This document shows, in pieces, positions 28,512 through 41,383 of a DNA stretch of 64,000 bases (within the stretch, counting starts at the first letter, position 1; each line of letters starts with the position of its first letter). The stretch lies in the NCBI GenBank assembly GCA_051294375.1, contig CM119265.1, positions 10,236,684-10,300,683 on the forward strand, written 5' to 3'. The position numbers and the translations under genes are program-made. The DNA is from Paraspadella gotoi. Taxonomy: Eukaryota > Animalia > Chaetognatha. The notes under the pieces were generated by a model, which saw only the letters and a program-made list of their open reading frames with translations, searched no databases and had not been told where the DNA came from.

Positions 28512-29345
28512 GTTTGAGAAGATGGGTGTGGCTTGTAAGTTATCGTGAAAATCGGCGGAGTTGGACGAAAAATCTGGACGCAGACGCTTTAAAACGTCAT
28601 TTTTTAACGCGATTTTCGAAATCTACTACCATCGTTTTCCGCAAAACATTGTCATTTCGCCAGATTTAATGAAAATGGGTGATTAAAAAAACTCGTCCTC
28701 TCTGGTTCGAACAGCAGATTGAAAACGACGCAAAACTCGTTTCTTTCTGTTTATCGTCAAAAGAGAAAAATTGAGTCGTCATTAACGTGGACGAAGAAAG
28801 TCTCCACCGTCGCCAATGACCGCGTCCCTCGGCAGAAGATGTCTCTTTCAATTTCCAGGTTTTTTTTTTCTCCCTCGTCGAGAGAGGAGAAAATTCAAAC
28901 GTTGCACCAGAGGATGAGGAGGAAGAAGAGAAGGAAGAGGAGGAGGAGGAAGAAGACGAGGGGGACTTTAAGACGTTCCAAAACAGGTATACTGATAGCG
29001 GGAGAATCACCGAAGAGGAACCGAGATGCACGTGAGATGCGAGGGAAATTTTTATTCTATCTTTCGTCTTGGTTTCGCGCGCGCGATGAAAATAGGATTG
29101 AAACCTGCTGGGTCGGTCGGGGATATATATATATTTTTATTGTCGTCGTTGTTGTCGAACACGGCAGACATAAATCTCGTTTTATGCTTTTTTTTTATTT
29201 TCAAAGCTGAAACCTTTTTTATTTTTATTTTGAGCCAAGATAAGATTTCGACGAATAAGTTCGAAACAAAGTTGAAACTTTTTTTTTTTTTGCAATTAAT
29301 TCGTCGAAGCTACGACGAAGAGTCAAGGGAAGGGGGAAAAGAGAA

Positions 29346-29400
<55 letters not shown>

Positions 29401-29804
29401 TTAATTTAAAGAAAGCGATAAAGATAAAGATGAGTCGGCGGTGGGCAGGTGAAAATCGAGATCTCAGGTTCAAATTACGAGGAAGGGGGAAGTTAGCTTT
29501 GGATTTGGAAGATGTTTTAACTTTGTCAGAGCTCTGAAACTTATTTTTTTGTTAGGGGGGCGGACTTTATAAGTTTTTTAAATTTTTGTTTGCATGACTG
29601 TTTGCAGGTTCTAAGTCAAAAAGAAACGATGTCAAAGTCGAAAACCGGTTAAACTTCCTCAATCCTGTTAAAACGGAATTGACTTAGAATTTTGAATCGC
29701 TAATCGTCGTCGTTGTTGTTGTCGTTGCAGTCGTTGTGTCACTCGGAAATAAAAAATAAACGAGAGCAAAACAGTTGGAGAGAGAGAGAGAGGAGGAGAG
29801 AGAG

Positions 29805-29901
<97 letters not shown>

Positions 29902-30794
29902 GGTCTAAAAGTCCGAAATGCGGGATAGCGAGGGGAGCCAAAAATGTTTTGAGAAAAAAGTGCCCTTAGTAACGAAAGGGTTGAACTTTTGATTTTTTAT
30001 TTTTGAATGACATTTGTTAAGAGCTGCATATGAATCTGATAACATGATCTATCCACCACGACTCTTAATGGATATTACACAAAACACACGCTGACAAAAA
30101 ACAAAAAAAAACAAACATCGATTGTTTGAGTGCGAAAGAGAAAGAGAGGAGAGAGCCATGCAGGCGGAGAGTGATGAAATATCACACCGGGACTGTTGAG
30201 TGTTCACTGATTTTATTTCCGAAAATTATGAGATTTATGAGGAAAAATTAACGTCAACTTTAGACAGCAGCAAAAAAAAGTTAAAAAAAAAAGAAGAAAA
30301 AACTTTTATCAAAGTCTGATGACTCAAATCAGCAAACTTTAGGCTTGAGCTTTACAAAAAGTTTTTGGTTTTTACATAGACCTCCCCCTCTGAAAGAAAA
30401 ACCTTATCACTTTTCAACGAAGCTATCTTTCAGTTACACCCCCCCCCCAATCCTCCCAAGAGGCGTTCAAGAATAGAGGGGCGTGAAAAGGCACGGAAAC
30501 CTCCGGGCGGGAAGCGAGGGGGTTGGGGGGAGAGGGACAAGGGGGGACTAGCGGCTGCCCTCTGAGAGAAAAAGCTCGTCTTTGCTTGTTGGTTTTCGCC
30601 ATTTGGGCCAATTAGCGCAATGTGTGTTTCCTTGGGCGATCGTGTAACAAATACCTCTGAGATCTAACTCGATGTATCGATTCGAAACAAAAAATCTCAT
30701 TTCTTTATATACAAATGTTGGAAAATAGTGAAAACCATACAAGTGAAGGATCGTTTTAAACACAAAACCGTAATCACTAACCAGCAATCACTTA

Positions 30795-31524
30795 CAGAAG
30801 GCTTCATATTATAAAATTAGGTACCCCTTTTTTGTGACCAGAACCCGTTCCGAAAAAAAACTACTGGATCAAATCTATTGAAATTTGGTATGAACGATCC
30901 CTATGTGAATACAAATAGAACTATCGAGACGAATTTCAATATTAGACCCCTAAGCCGAGATATGGGGCCCCGGAGGGGTCACCCATAGGGGCAAAAAATG
31001 ATAAAATTTTTTTTTCAAATTTATTCATTTTTGTTTTAAACAGTTGCATAGACGTTTACACTTCCACAAAAACGTAGTTATTACCTAAAAAATATTGATT
31101 TACCATAATTTTCAGCTTCATGAACATCAGCAGTTCAAGTCAGATTAGGAATAATTTTGAAAAATTGGAAGTAAAACGATGAACCATGCATCTTCAAACA
31201 ATGCTTAATTAACGAAAACTTATCAATTTTAGTTCTAAAATAAATTTTTTTATATGTTTAAAACGTCAATGCATCTGATGCTACGAAAAATTTTAAAAAA
31301 ATTAAAAACAAATTTGTAGCTTTTTTCGGCCCCCCAGGGGTCCACCCCCAGGGCCTTGTATCTCTTGTCAGGTGTTGAATATCAAAATTCGCCTCAATAG
31401 TTCCATTTATATTGTCATGAGGACTCTATATATAAATTTTCATGAAATTCGATCGGGTAGTTTGGTGGGAACAGATTCTGGTCTCAAAAAAGGGTTGCCT
31501 AATTTTATAATATGAAGCCCTCAG
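30795..31524. mobile_element. MITE with long imperfect TIRs and TA flanks (Tc1/mariner-like)
   Basis: TA|CAGAAGGCTTCATATTATAAAATTAGG ... CCTAATTTTATAATATGAAGCCCTCAG|TA; inverted similarity extends over 200 bp. Copy at 41404-42129 and a half copy from 54471. Confidence 0.8.
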
Positions 31525-32167
31525 TATTTTTTAAATTTAATTCTAAAAAAGTTTTTTTGTACGCACAGATTTGAGTTAAAAATATTTAAAAAGACTAAAT
31601 AGAAACAGGAGCAATAGTCGTTTTCGGCATTTTTATAAAATTATAAAATGAAAAATAAGAAATAATTTCCAATGCATAACCGTTGTTCCGCTATATAATA
31701 AATTTGAGTATCTTCCTTTGATTTGTAAATCAATTTAAAAATTCTTAACTTTTGAAACTTAAAACTTATACTTTATCAACAACTCAACCCATACAGATTT
31801 ATCCCTAAAGAAAAAGAAGCATGCAACGTAGAACGCCAATCTGCAACGACGAGTAAAGAAGCCATTGCAAGTTGGTATGCGCGCTGCGCAGTTGCGCACA
31901 TGTAAAGCATTTTAACTATGTCTCGTCTGTATAGACTGTTTTCTTCAATATTTAAAAAATTTACAAACTTTCAAAGATGAGTAGCTGTTAGAGATACGTC
32001 AATTAACAATTTACATCCGACTGTATCGTTTTATTTTTTTCAATTAACTATGATTGACGGAAAAGAATTTCACGGTGTAAAAAGAAGAACCCGGATCGAA
32101 ATTGTGAACTACGGATGTAATTTAATGTAACTGAACCTCGGATATAATTCTTGCTTATTGTCGCAAG

Positions 32168-35100
32168 ATGGACGACGACAACGAACCAAAAAAAGTAAGA
32201 AACCGAGAAAGAGAAATCGGAGAAACAGGTTTTCTGCTCGTAACTGTAACCCCCCCCCATGACCTAATGTCTCCCCATCATTATTTCAGACTCAAAGTTA
32301 CAATTCCCCGCAACCGGTAACCGATGACGCAACCGATGACGCGGACGGTCCAGTGCTGCGCCCTCTTCGACGGAGGCACAGCGACGTGGAGATCGAGGCG
32401 AGGTCTTTGAGCCTCGTCCAGGTCAGGTCGAAGGTGAGGCACTTTATGAGTAAGATCAGAAGGTCCCGCGAGAGAGAGAAACGCAGGAACGAGGAACAAG
32501 AAATCCAGGTCGTCAGGGAAGTTGGACCGGGGAATGACTTGGAGATGCGAAATGAGGAAAAGTGGAAACCGAGAGAATCAGAGGATGAGAGAAGAAAAAT
32601 GTCGACGGATGAAATGGGAAAATTTAAATCGGAAGAAAAGCAGGAAGGAATTCCTCCTGAACCAATCAAGTCGGAGAAAAAGGAGGAAAGGAGACACAAC
32701 GAGTCTTTAAACAGGAAACAAGCGGGAAGGACGGTTCCCGTTGGAGAGAGCGCTCAACGAAATCCGAGGAGAGAAAGCGAACTTAAGATGAGCGAAGCCG
32801 AGAGAGGAAAGACGGGAGTAGGGAAAAGCACCTCGGGCGCGGGGCTCGCTTCCATGAAAGGAACGAAAACGACCAAAGATGAAGACGGAGAATTAGCTGC
32901 CACCGGTGGACTAGGATCAGCCGGTGTGGTCAGTCTAACCACGGATCGAAATAAAGAACAAAAAGCAAAAGGAAAAGACATGGTCGGAGCAGAATCGGAA
33001 GTGAAGGCGCGAGAGAGGGAAGCAACAACGGGGTTGGATGGTGGCGTCGCTCTTGAGCCGAAAAACGCCGAAGAAAACTTGGAGAGAGAAAATTATGTAA
33101 GGGACAATTCGGCAACGAAAAGAGGAGAGAGTCCATCAGGGATGGGCGAAGCCGCCGGAGAGACACAACCGGGTACTGATGTCACCATGGACGCTCGAAA
33201 AGAATTTCCCGAAGCGGGCAAGGAGTCCGTCGTTAAAGAGGATCTCACGGAAAAAGAAAGGATAAGAAAAAGACGCGTTGACAAGCCGAAGGCAAGCAAG
33301 GATCAGTATCACGATCAAGCACACGATTTGCTTCAAAGAATAAAGAACAAAGCGGCCGAGAGAGCCGCAGAAAGAGAAAAAGACCAAACCGGAAAGGCTA
33401 TGATCGCGCCCACAAGAGCGAAATTCTCCGAGAGAAAAGAAGCGCCCGTATCCAGCGACTTTCGAAGAAGCGAAGGCCAGGTTAGGAGAGAAACGGAGAG
33501 AGTGAGCGAGGAGCCGATAGCGATCGGCGATCGCGTCAAGAGCGACGCTTCGCAAATCGGCGATGACGCCGCGGAAGCCAAAACGGGGGATGGAAAAGAG
33601 ACGATCGTCGTAACGGCCGCCATCGTCACCACGAAGAGCGAATCGACGCCTTACGAATCGACGCCTTACGATCTGTTATCCTCCAAAAGCGTAACCACCT
33701 ACGATATGACGGAGATTTCGATCAAGGGCGTCGAAAGCGTATTCGTGCCTAGAGACGTGGGCGACATCGTCGACGTCGGCGACAAGTCGGCCATGTCGTT
33801 CGAGACCGGATTGGTGAGCATGGATTCAGCGATGGACACCGACGAGACGACGTCGAGAAGAGAATACGACGTCATTGGCAGGAATCTGTCGTCCGGGAAG
33901 AAGAAAAAAAGCGGCACCCTCGGCCCCAAGAGGACCGCGTCGGCCTCGACTTCGCGGGAATCCTCGCGAATCAGTTGGTCAATCGAGGGGACGAATTCGA
34001 AGGAAGAGGCGCACCTCGGCGACAAATCTTGGGGCAGGAGGGGTTATAAACCTTACGGTGAGGATGGGGAAGACGCTCCCACACCGGGAGAGGTCATCGA
34101 TACTTGGCGACAGAGCGCCTTCGACGCCAAAGTACAAAGATACAGCATCGTCGGGGTAACTGAATTTGTATTTGCTTTTTAGCCGGATCTGCTTACAGCT
34201 CTATAATTCACTTTGTCGGTCCGTCGGTCCCACCCCAAAAACTTGTTGGTAAATCATTTAAATCATCTCAGAACATCGAATTATGATAAATTATTTTAAA
34301 AAACGATGTCCGTCCGTCCCCTCTTATCTTTGAACGCCAATTACTCATGTAATGTATATGGGGCGATTGACTTGAAATTTTGTATGTGGGTAGGAAAGTG
34401 TGTGACTTAGCTGGAAATCAAGTTTTGATGGAATCGTCCAAGTGGAATTGAGTTTAAATGGAAAAAACAAAAAATCTGTTTCACTAATTGATAATCATTC
34501 TTTTTCTTTTTATATTAAATGTAAATGCAATATGTATTCATTAATCAAATAATTAATCAATTAGTCAACTAATTAAAAATTAATTAATCAGTCATGTAAT
34601 CAATTAATTATTAAATTAATTATTCAATCAATCAATTTATCAATTAAATAATTATTCAATCAATTTATCATTTAATTAATAAGTCAATCAATCAAGTCAA
34701 TCAATTAATCGTTATCGACATTGTCGTCGTCGCCGTCATCGTCGTCGTTGCTTTTGTCATGGTCAGTGACGAAAAGACAAAACAAACTTGTCTGATCAAA
34801 TTAATTAATTGACTAATTAATTAACTAGAATTAATTAATTAATCTTGGACAGATCCGGCATGGTTTGCTCAAACTTGTTTTCTAGAAATTGATTTTGATT
34901 GATTGGTTAATGAAAATCAGAGGAAAGACAGCTCCCTCTCTTCATCCGGACTGGACGCCCGGGGAGACACCCGACGAAAGACCCGAATCGAATTGGATCC
35001 CGACAAAGAATGGTCGCAAGTTGCGATGGAGGCCGCCAGAATTTCCGGAGATTACAGAGAATTTGGGTCAAATTTTCCTCCTTTGTGGATCAGATCAAAA

Positions 35101-36305
35101 AAGACCTATAAAAGTTAGCGGGAGGAAGGGAGGGGAGAAAAAAAAATAAAATTCAGCTCCTTGTATTTTGATGCTAGTGTGGAGTACAATATAGTATTCC
35201 CCGAACTAATACTTAAGGGAGTGGTCTTTTCATACAATTGAAACATTCTTTGAAATATCATACCACTTCATTGATAGGGAAGCCAGGTTCACTGGGAGTG
35301 AATAAATAAGACTGTGAGAGAGTCTTGATTGAAAGCTTGCAGAAACCTGCTATGTTATTATCTTGTAAGTGTGATGGAGGCCTTAAACCACCAAAGCCTG
35401 TCCAAAGTCAGGGACAAGATAGCTTATTTATTAAATGAATGGATAATTTTTATATTGGTTGTACCAATTTCATAAGGATAAAATCAATAATTCCCACTTC
35501 GGCTATCAGCTCACAACCTGGCCTTGGGAATAGCGCGAGACTGGGAAAGAAAGAAATCGAAAGACTTCAGCGTTTACGACGTCCTCCATGATGCTTTTGC
35601 CGGCGCGAGGTCGAGGGGCACTGAGCTGGAAGGATGATTGATGTGGTTGATTGGCTTGGTTGGTTGATTCTTTTCAGTTTTTGATCATTGGTTTTCAGAG
35701 TAGGATTTAGCTTGCCCCTCGGTATATTTAGCGATACATTCTCTAGTTTCTACTCTTCGCGAAATATATGATTTTACCTCACGCCTTCAATACCCCGCAA
35801 GGTTTTTTTTTTCTCCAAATTCCTAACTAAAATTTTTTTCGAAACAATACTAAACCAGGGAAACGACGACTTTGTTATACAGGAGATTCTCGTTCGTGGA
35901 TCCAACGCTCATAAATGAGGAGGATTCAAGCAATGGCTGGCCTTCGGCTATAGAAGAGAGACCCACTTACGGCAAAAAAGTGGGAAAAATATTCGAACTG
36001 CAAGTAAGATAGAATCATTCTGAATAAAGTTATGGAGCAAATTAAGAAACAACTCGTGCTTGACCCTTTTGCCCAAGGATTCTATGAAGCCGGCGAGACA
36101 AGAAACTCTACAGTTTAAACTGACGAGAATGGACAAGTGTCGGAGGTACAACGTCGAGACGGTTCCCTACTACGCCAAAGAGTTGAAAGACATTCAGTGC
36201 GAAAATCGTCGAAGGAATAAACGGCGTCAAGAGGCGGTAATTGAGCGAATAGAATGGCAAAGTTACGAAGCGAAGTTGCGACTTGATTCTGAACAACTGT
36301 TTTGA
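32168..36305 (+). CDS. Uncharacterised ~852-aa protein, mostly charged low-complexity with a more ordered C-terminus
   Basis: Exons 32168-32194, 32290-34155, 34921-35113, 35510-35609, 35859-36003, 36078-36305 join in frame with GT-AG sites (2559 nt). No family recognised. Confidence 0.7.
34175..34882 (+). mobile_element. Complete HINE/Helentron-type non-autonomous element filling an intron
   Basis: 5' TTTTTAGCCGGATCTG, GTCC microsatellite, 3' inverted CAGATCCGGC, GTTTG-CT-CAAAC hairpin and TTGTTTT end; same family as 831-1537. Confidence 0.72.
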
Positions 36306-38150
36306 AAGGAGCAACAGCGACGGCGGATGTTGATTTCGAGAAACGCGATGCCGCTGAGGAAAAGCCTTCTCAATCCGGAATACAAAACGCGCATGGAGGA
36401 ACTCGCGAAACCCGTCAATTTCAACTGCCCGAGGATTTATATACCGTCACCGGTACATTAAGATGTCAGGACCGTTAAATTTTTCAATTGTCGGGATGGT
36501 AGTTCAAATTTTAAACTTAATTATCTTTGGGAAAAAAGATTAGTAAACTTTTTGTGACAGGCATTTCTAATTGCAGAATTGATAATAAATAGAGGCTGGG
36601 TCGGAGGGATTGACCTGTCATGTCATTTCGGCAGCTTTAAAAAAACAATCTGAACTGCTGTAATATACAAATTATTAATTACTAACCTAAATTCCTCTAT
36701 AATTTTTTTATTTTGTCAGAACGTTTGATTACGCAAAATATCATGTAAGCAATATAAAATTAATATAACCAATAGTTAGTATTATGTCTCGAATAGATGC
36801 AAAAAAAACCTCGTTTAAAAATTCCATCGGGAAGTGGGGTAACTAAGGCTTACCAATAGCATCCTCCACACTGATCGTTCTCTAAATAATTTTTTTTATT
36901 TAATACATTTGAAAGGGAAAAAATAAAATTCAGAATGCAGGTTGCAGAAAGCGTACAGATAATCTGGACATATGACTCAATAATCATGACCTTTTATGTC
37001 TTGTGAAATGGGGGCAGTAAAGAAACCTAAAAAATTCGATCATTAATGTCAATGAACCCTTTCCAATTGGCTATTCCGCGAAATTTTTTTTCTTAATTAA
37101 AATGGATGACAAATAATAGAATTAAATTCCTAGTATAAAGGTTGTTATATTTAAAAGAAAATTATCAATACAAATAAACACAATGTCTTGCTTTGTCAAA
37201 TATGTCGCCAGCTATGTAATTTTTTTAAGGCTACTTGACTGGCTTCTTGGTAAGACTAATGAACTAGAGAGTTAGGTTTGCAATGTATTCAAGTATAGAC
37301 CTATGAAAAGATAGCAATTACAATTACATCTTTATGGATGCTAAACCCAAGTGAGCTAGCAAGAGCATAGTTGTTCAAAACCGACCCTTGTAATCTTAGC
37401 TGACTGAGAATATATTTTTTTTACTAAACATAGAAAAGTCAGCTGGAATCACAAGAATAATTAAAGTAATAAACTAGCAATTATGACAATTAAATAATTA
37501 ATTATTTAGCTATTAATTGAACCACAAATAAATATGATCATTTACTAATGTAAAATAATAATATTAAACCTTTAAGGTAATAGAATAAAAATTTATCAAA
37601 GCTTAATCAGAACACGACAACAGACAATTCACAAATTAATCTGCTACACAAAAACGAGAGTTTATTTTAAAGTCAATGATCAGCAAGAATAATCAGGTAA
37701 GTTCAAATGCTCTTTGCTTTCCGAGCCTAGAAACTAGAATGAATAGGAAACAAAGTCAAGCCTCTACTTTCTACTACAGAAACCGATCCTCTGGCCCCAC
37801 CAAGTCCCGGGCCTTCTTCTCATTGGCCCTTTTGCCAACCTCCCCAATCCTCTTCTTCCCTCCAATTGGCCCATGGCTTTTCTTGTGGTCATAGAGTTTG
37901 GTGACTACACCTATCCGTCGCCAAGCCCTCTTGTGGTCCCGGTGAGGCGAGCCTCGGCTTCTTGCAGGCTTCCCGCCGAGGGAGGAGGGAGGCAGAGATG
38001 GAGAGATGCAGGGGTGGATATGCAGCTGGCTGCTGCATGCTCCTCGTGTACGTTTATGATATGAATACACAAGAGAACGGGGGACGCCAACTAGATAAGG
38101 ACTCGCACTCGAACACGTACTTTCTTATTCAATATATGTANNNNNNNNNN

Positions 38151-39629
38151 CCATTCTGTTTGCAGACGTCTTCTGCGTCGACCCATTTCTTCGGCACCCA
38201 TGACAGGTCTCGTCGAAAATACTTGAAGAGACGAATCCTTCTGAAGACGAAAAGCCGACGCGGATGCGAATCTTTGAGGATCTTGCCCAAATCCTTTGCG
38301 AAGTCGCTATGGACTTTTGGTGCAAAGTGAAAGACACGGCCACCACAACAGAAGGACAGGAAGTCGACGCGCGTCTTCTCCAAGTCAGGGAGAGGTAGAT
38401 GGAAGCCCACCGCGATGTCTTTGGAACTACGAAGTACTTCTCGAAATTTCCCCAAAATTGTTTTGTCACTAATTATCTTGCCATGTGGACTGCCATCACG
38501 CAACAAGATGGGCAAGTTGTGCAAGACATCATTGAACGGCGCAGTACAGCTTGGCCGAAACGAATCATGTGGGGCAGACGCAAATGGGCGGTAGGCAATG
38601 CCGCTCAAATCCATGTTGAATGTGGCGAGAGTTGAATCCGATGCTGCGACGCGTTTCACGCAAAGCTTGAAGAGTTCCAACCCGGTATGGGGAAAATCTT
38701 TCCTCGAAATTCTCAATATTATCGAGCCCGGCATAGAATCCACAAGAACGAAGCTTTTCCGCCATTGCGCCCTCAATCTTATATCCCGAAATTATGAGGC
38801 CTATCATTGTAGCGANNNNNNNNNNNNNNNNNNNNNNNNNNNNNNNNNNNNNNNNNNNNNNNNNNNNNNNNNNNNNNNNNNNNNNNNNNNNNNNNNNNNN
38901 NNNNNNNNNNNNNNNNNNNNNNNNNNNNNNNNNNNNNNNNNNNNNNNNNNNNNNNNNNNNNNNNNNNNNNNNNNNNNNNNNNNNNNNNNNNNNNNNNNNN
39001 NNNNNNNNNNNNTCAAGCCGGCGAGCTTGCTTTACCCAAAGACTCCTTTCTCAAGAATCGCGGAAACGAAGTCGGCGAGGCGGCGACCCGAGAAGAATCC
39101 CATCATCGTTGCGCAATCGACGAACCTTTGGCGATTCTTCTTGGAGTCCGTTGGGAGTTCCGTGAGGATCTCCACCCAATTCTCCATCATTTTGGTCGGA
39201 GATGAGATCCGGATCGATTTCAGAAATGGAGTAATCTCACTCTGTTTTAGCATTCGCAATTTCAATGCTGAGGCACGACCCGGCCGAGGTGACTCGCGTC
39301 TGGACAAAGGCAGAGCTGTTAGGGTATGATACAATGATGCGGCAGTCTTGAGGAGGAACATCTGGCGGAGGTAGGGGCAGTGTGAGTGGTTCGGTTGGCG
39401 ACGCAAGAGTGGACGAAGGGATTGCGCCACATATCTCAACCGCCCTGTCCCGCGAACGAGAGACTGGTTCACACTCCCCAAAGACGATCTCTGAATATTC
39501 ATCCGATCGACGCATCTTCATCTTGGCCAGGGCGATTTCTCGAATCTTGCGTCGTTTGGTCTTCTCCAACTCTGCCTCGGCAACTCTTTCTTCAAAAATG
39601 TACGAGGCCTTCTTAAGATTCATTCGCAA
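38151..39629 (-). pseudogene. Intronless frameshifted ORF ending in a degenerate DEDDy (RNase D/WRN-like) 3'-5' exonuclease-like domain
   Basis: IAVGFHLP...VDFLSFCCGGRVFHF...LGKILKD...LFVF...WVDAEDV follows the VGxDxE / LLQL..VFLF / L..LL.D pattern. The C-terminus is visible only in the duplicate (48910-49080). Confidence 0.5.
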
Positions 39630-41383
39630 TCGCTAAGCGTTTTGCGACGATATGTCAACACTTTTGCGCATAAAGTGGCGTCGGCGTCGTCGTCGTCGTT
39701 GTCAGCGTTCCAAATTATAGATCGCCTTTTTTATGATTAAATATAAAAATAATAATAGTATCATTAATGATAAGAACAATAATAATTAGGAATGAGGGTA
39801 ATTCCAATAATAGTAAATTCCAATCATAGTAATAATAATAATAATAATAATGTAAAATAATAATAGTAATAATGATAAAAATAATAATAGTATCATTAAC
39901 GATAATAATAATAATAATTAGGAATAAGGGTAATTCCAATAATTTTAATCTGGTATTTATGCCTTTCTATTTATGATCAGTTAAAAAAAAAAAAAAAAAT
40001 TGACAAATTTCTGTCTATGACTACAAAAAAAAAAAAAAAAAAAAGGGCAAATGGCTAGTGTAAAGGTTAGGAACCATAATGCTAATATTCACTCGTGATT
40101 TTCATTGATATACTTTAATACTTTTCCAATTTGCAATATCCGCAATGATCCTTAAATTTTTTGAATTTTATTTTTAGTGCCATTAGTGAATTAGTCTTGC
40201 TCAATACTCATTTATTGTTTTAAATGTCATATTGTTTCAAATCGTTTAAATCTTCTTATTGTCTTAATTGTCAAATTGTCTCTTTTATTTCAGAAAAAAA
40301 AAAATTAAATTAGGGTGTATGAAGCTGAAAATTTATATACAGCTTCTCATCATCGATGTGCTTAAAATTGAGTCTGGACAGTTATTAAATATGTTTTGTT
40401 TACGTTTTTATCAAAACAAACAAATTTTCTCTCTTTTATTTTTATATTTCTTTCTCTCTCTCTTTTTCTCTTTTAATTACATGTCTCTCTCCTCTCTCTT
40501 TTCCCTAGTCACTGATTCATAATCATAGGGGGAAAAAACGAGTCTGCAGCTGGCTCTGCAGGGGCTTATTCTTTTTCTCTCTTTCTCTTGCTGCTTCTGC
40601 TGCTGCCTTTTGAGTCTGCAGCTGGCTCTGCAGGGCTCTTTCTTTTTCTCTCTCTTTCTCCTGCTGCTTCTGCTGCTGCTTTTGATTCTTTCTTTTTTTT
40701 CTGGGTGCCTCTGCTGCTGAAATGATTTGGCTTCTCTCTCTCTCTCTTGATTAATTTTTTCCTCTAAAAACTTTTATTANNNNNNNNNNNNNNNNNNNNN
40801 NNNNAAATCTTCTCTTTATCTAAAATAAATGCAAGTCACAAAAAGTCACAAATTAAAAGTTGTCTTTAAAAATTATTTGTGGCTAAACAAAAAAAAGTTT
40901 TTTTGATAATTTTGTAGGTGTTAAAAGCTTATTCAATAGGCTATAATTTTCTGTTAATTTCAAAATTGATTATTATTTTGTTTACAAATTATGATAAAGA
41001 CTAAAAACTGCAACTTTTTGACTTGTTAACTTTAAAAATTAATTCATAGGCAAACTATAAATGATTTAAGGTAAATAAATTTACAGGGGTAAAAAAGATA
41101 GGAAAGAACGGATTTCCAAAGTAAAAAATTTTCTCAATTTCCTTGGCATTCAAACAGGAAGTCGTAAGTAAAAATGGACAAATTGACATAATTTTTTTTC
41201 CTAAAAGTTGCCAAAAATGCTACTTTTTATCATTATAAACGGAATGGAGATGTTTCCTAACCAATCCTATTGTTAGGCCAAATTTGTGTTGTGGTACAAA
41301 GTTAATCACATTGTAAGTAACCAAACTGAGGCAATATTGAAGAGTCGTTTTTTTCCTAAATTCAACGTTTGTAACGCGGAACC

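Noticed and set aside
28666-29210. GC-rich, GAG-rich segment with ORFs on both strands
   Set aside because: No recognisable domain or consistent splice chain; may be 5' UTR or promoter of the gene starting at 28511.
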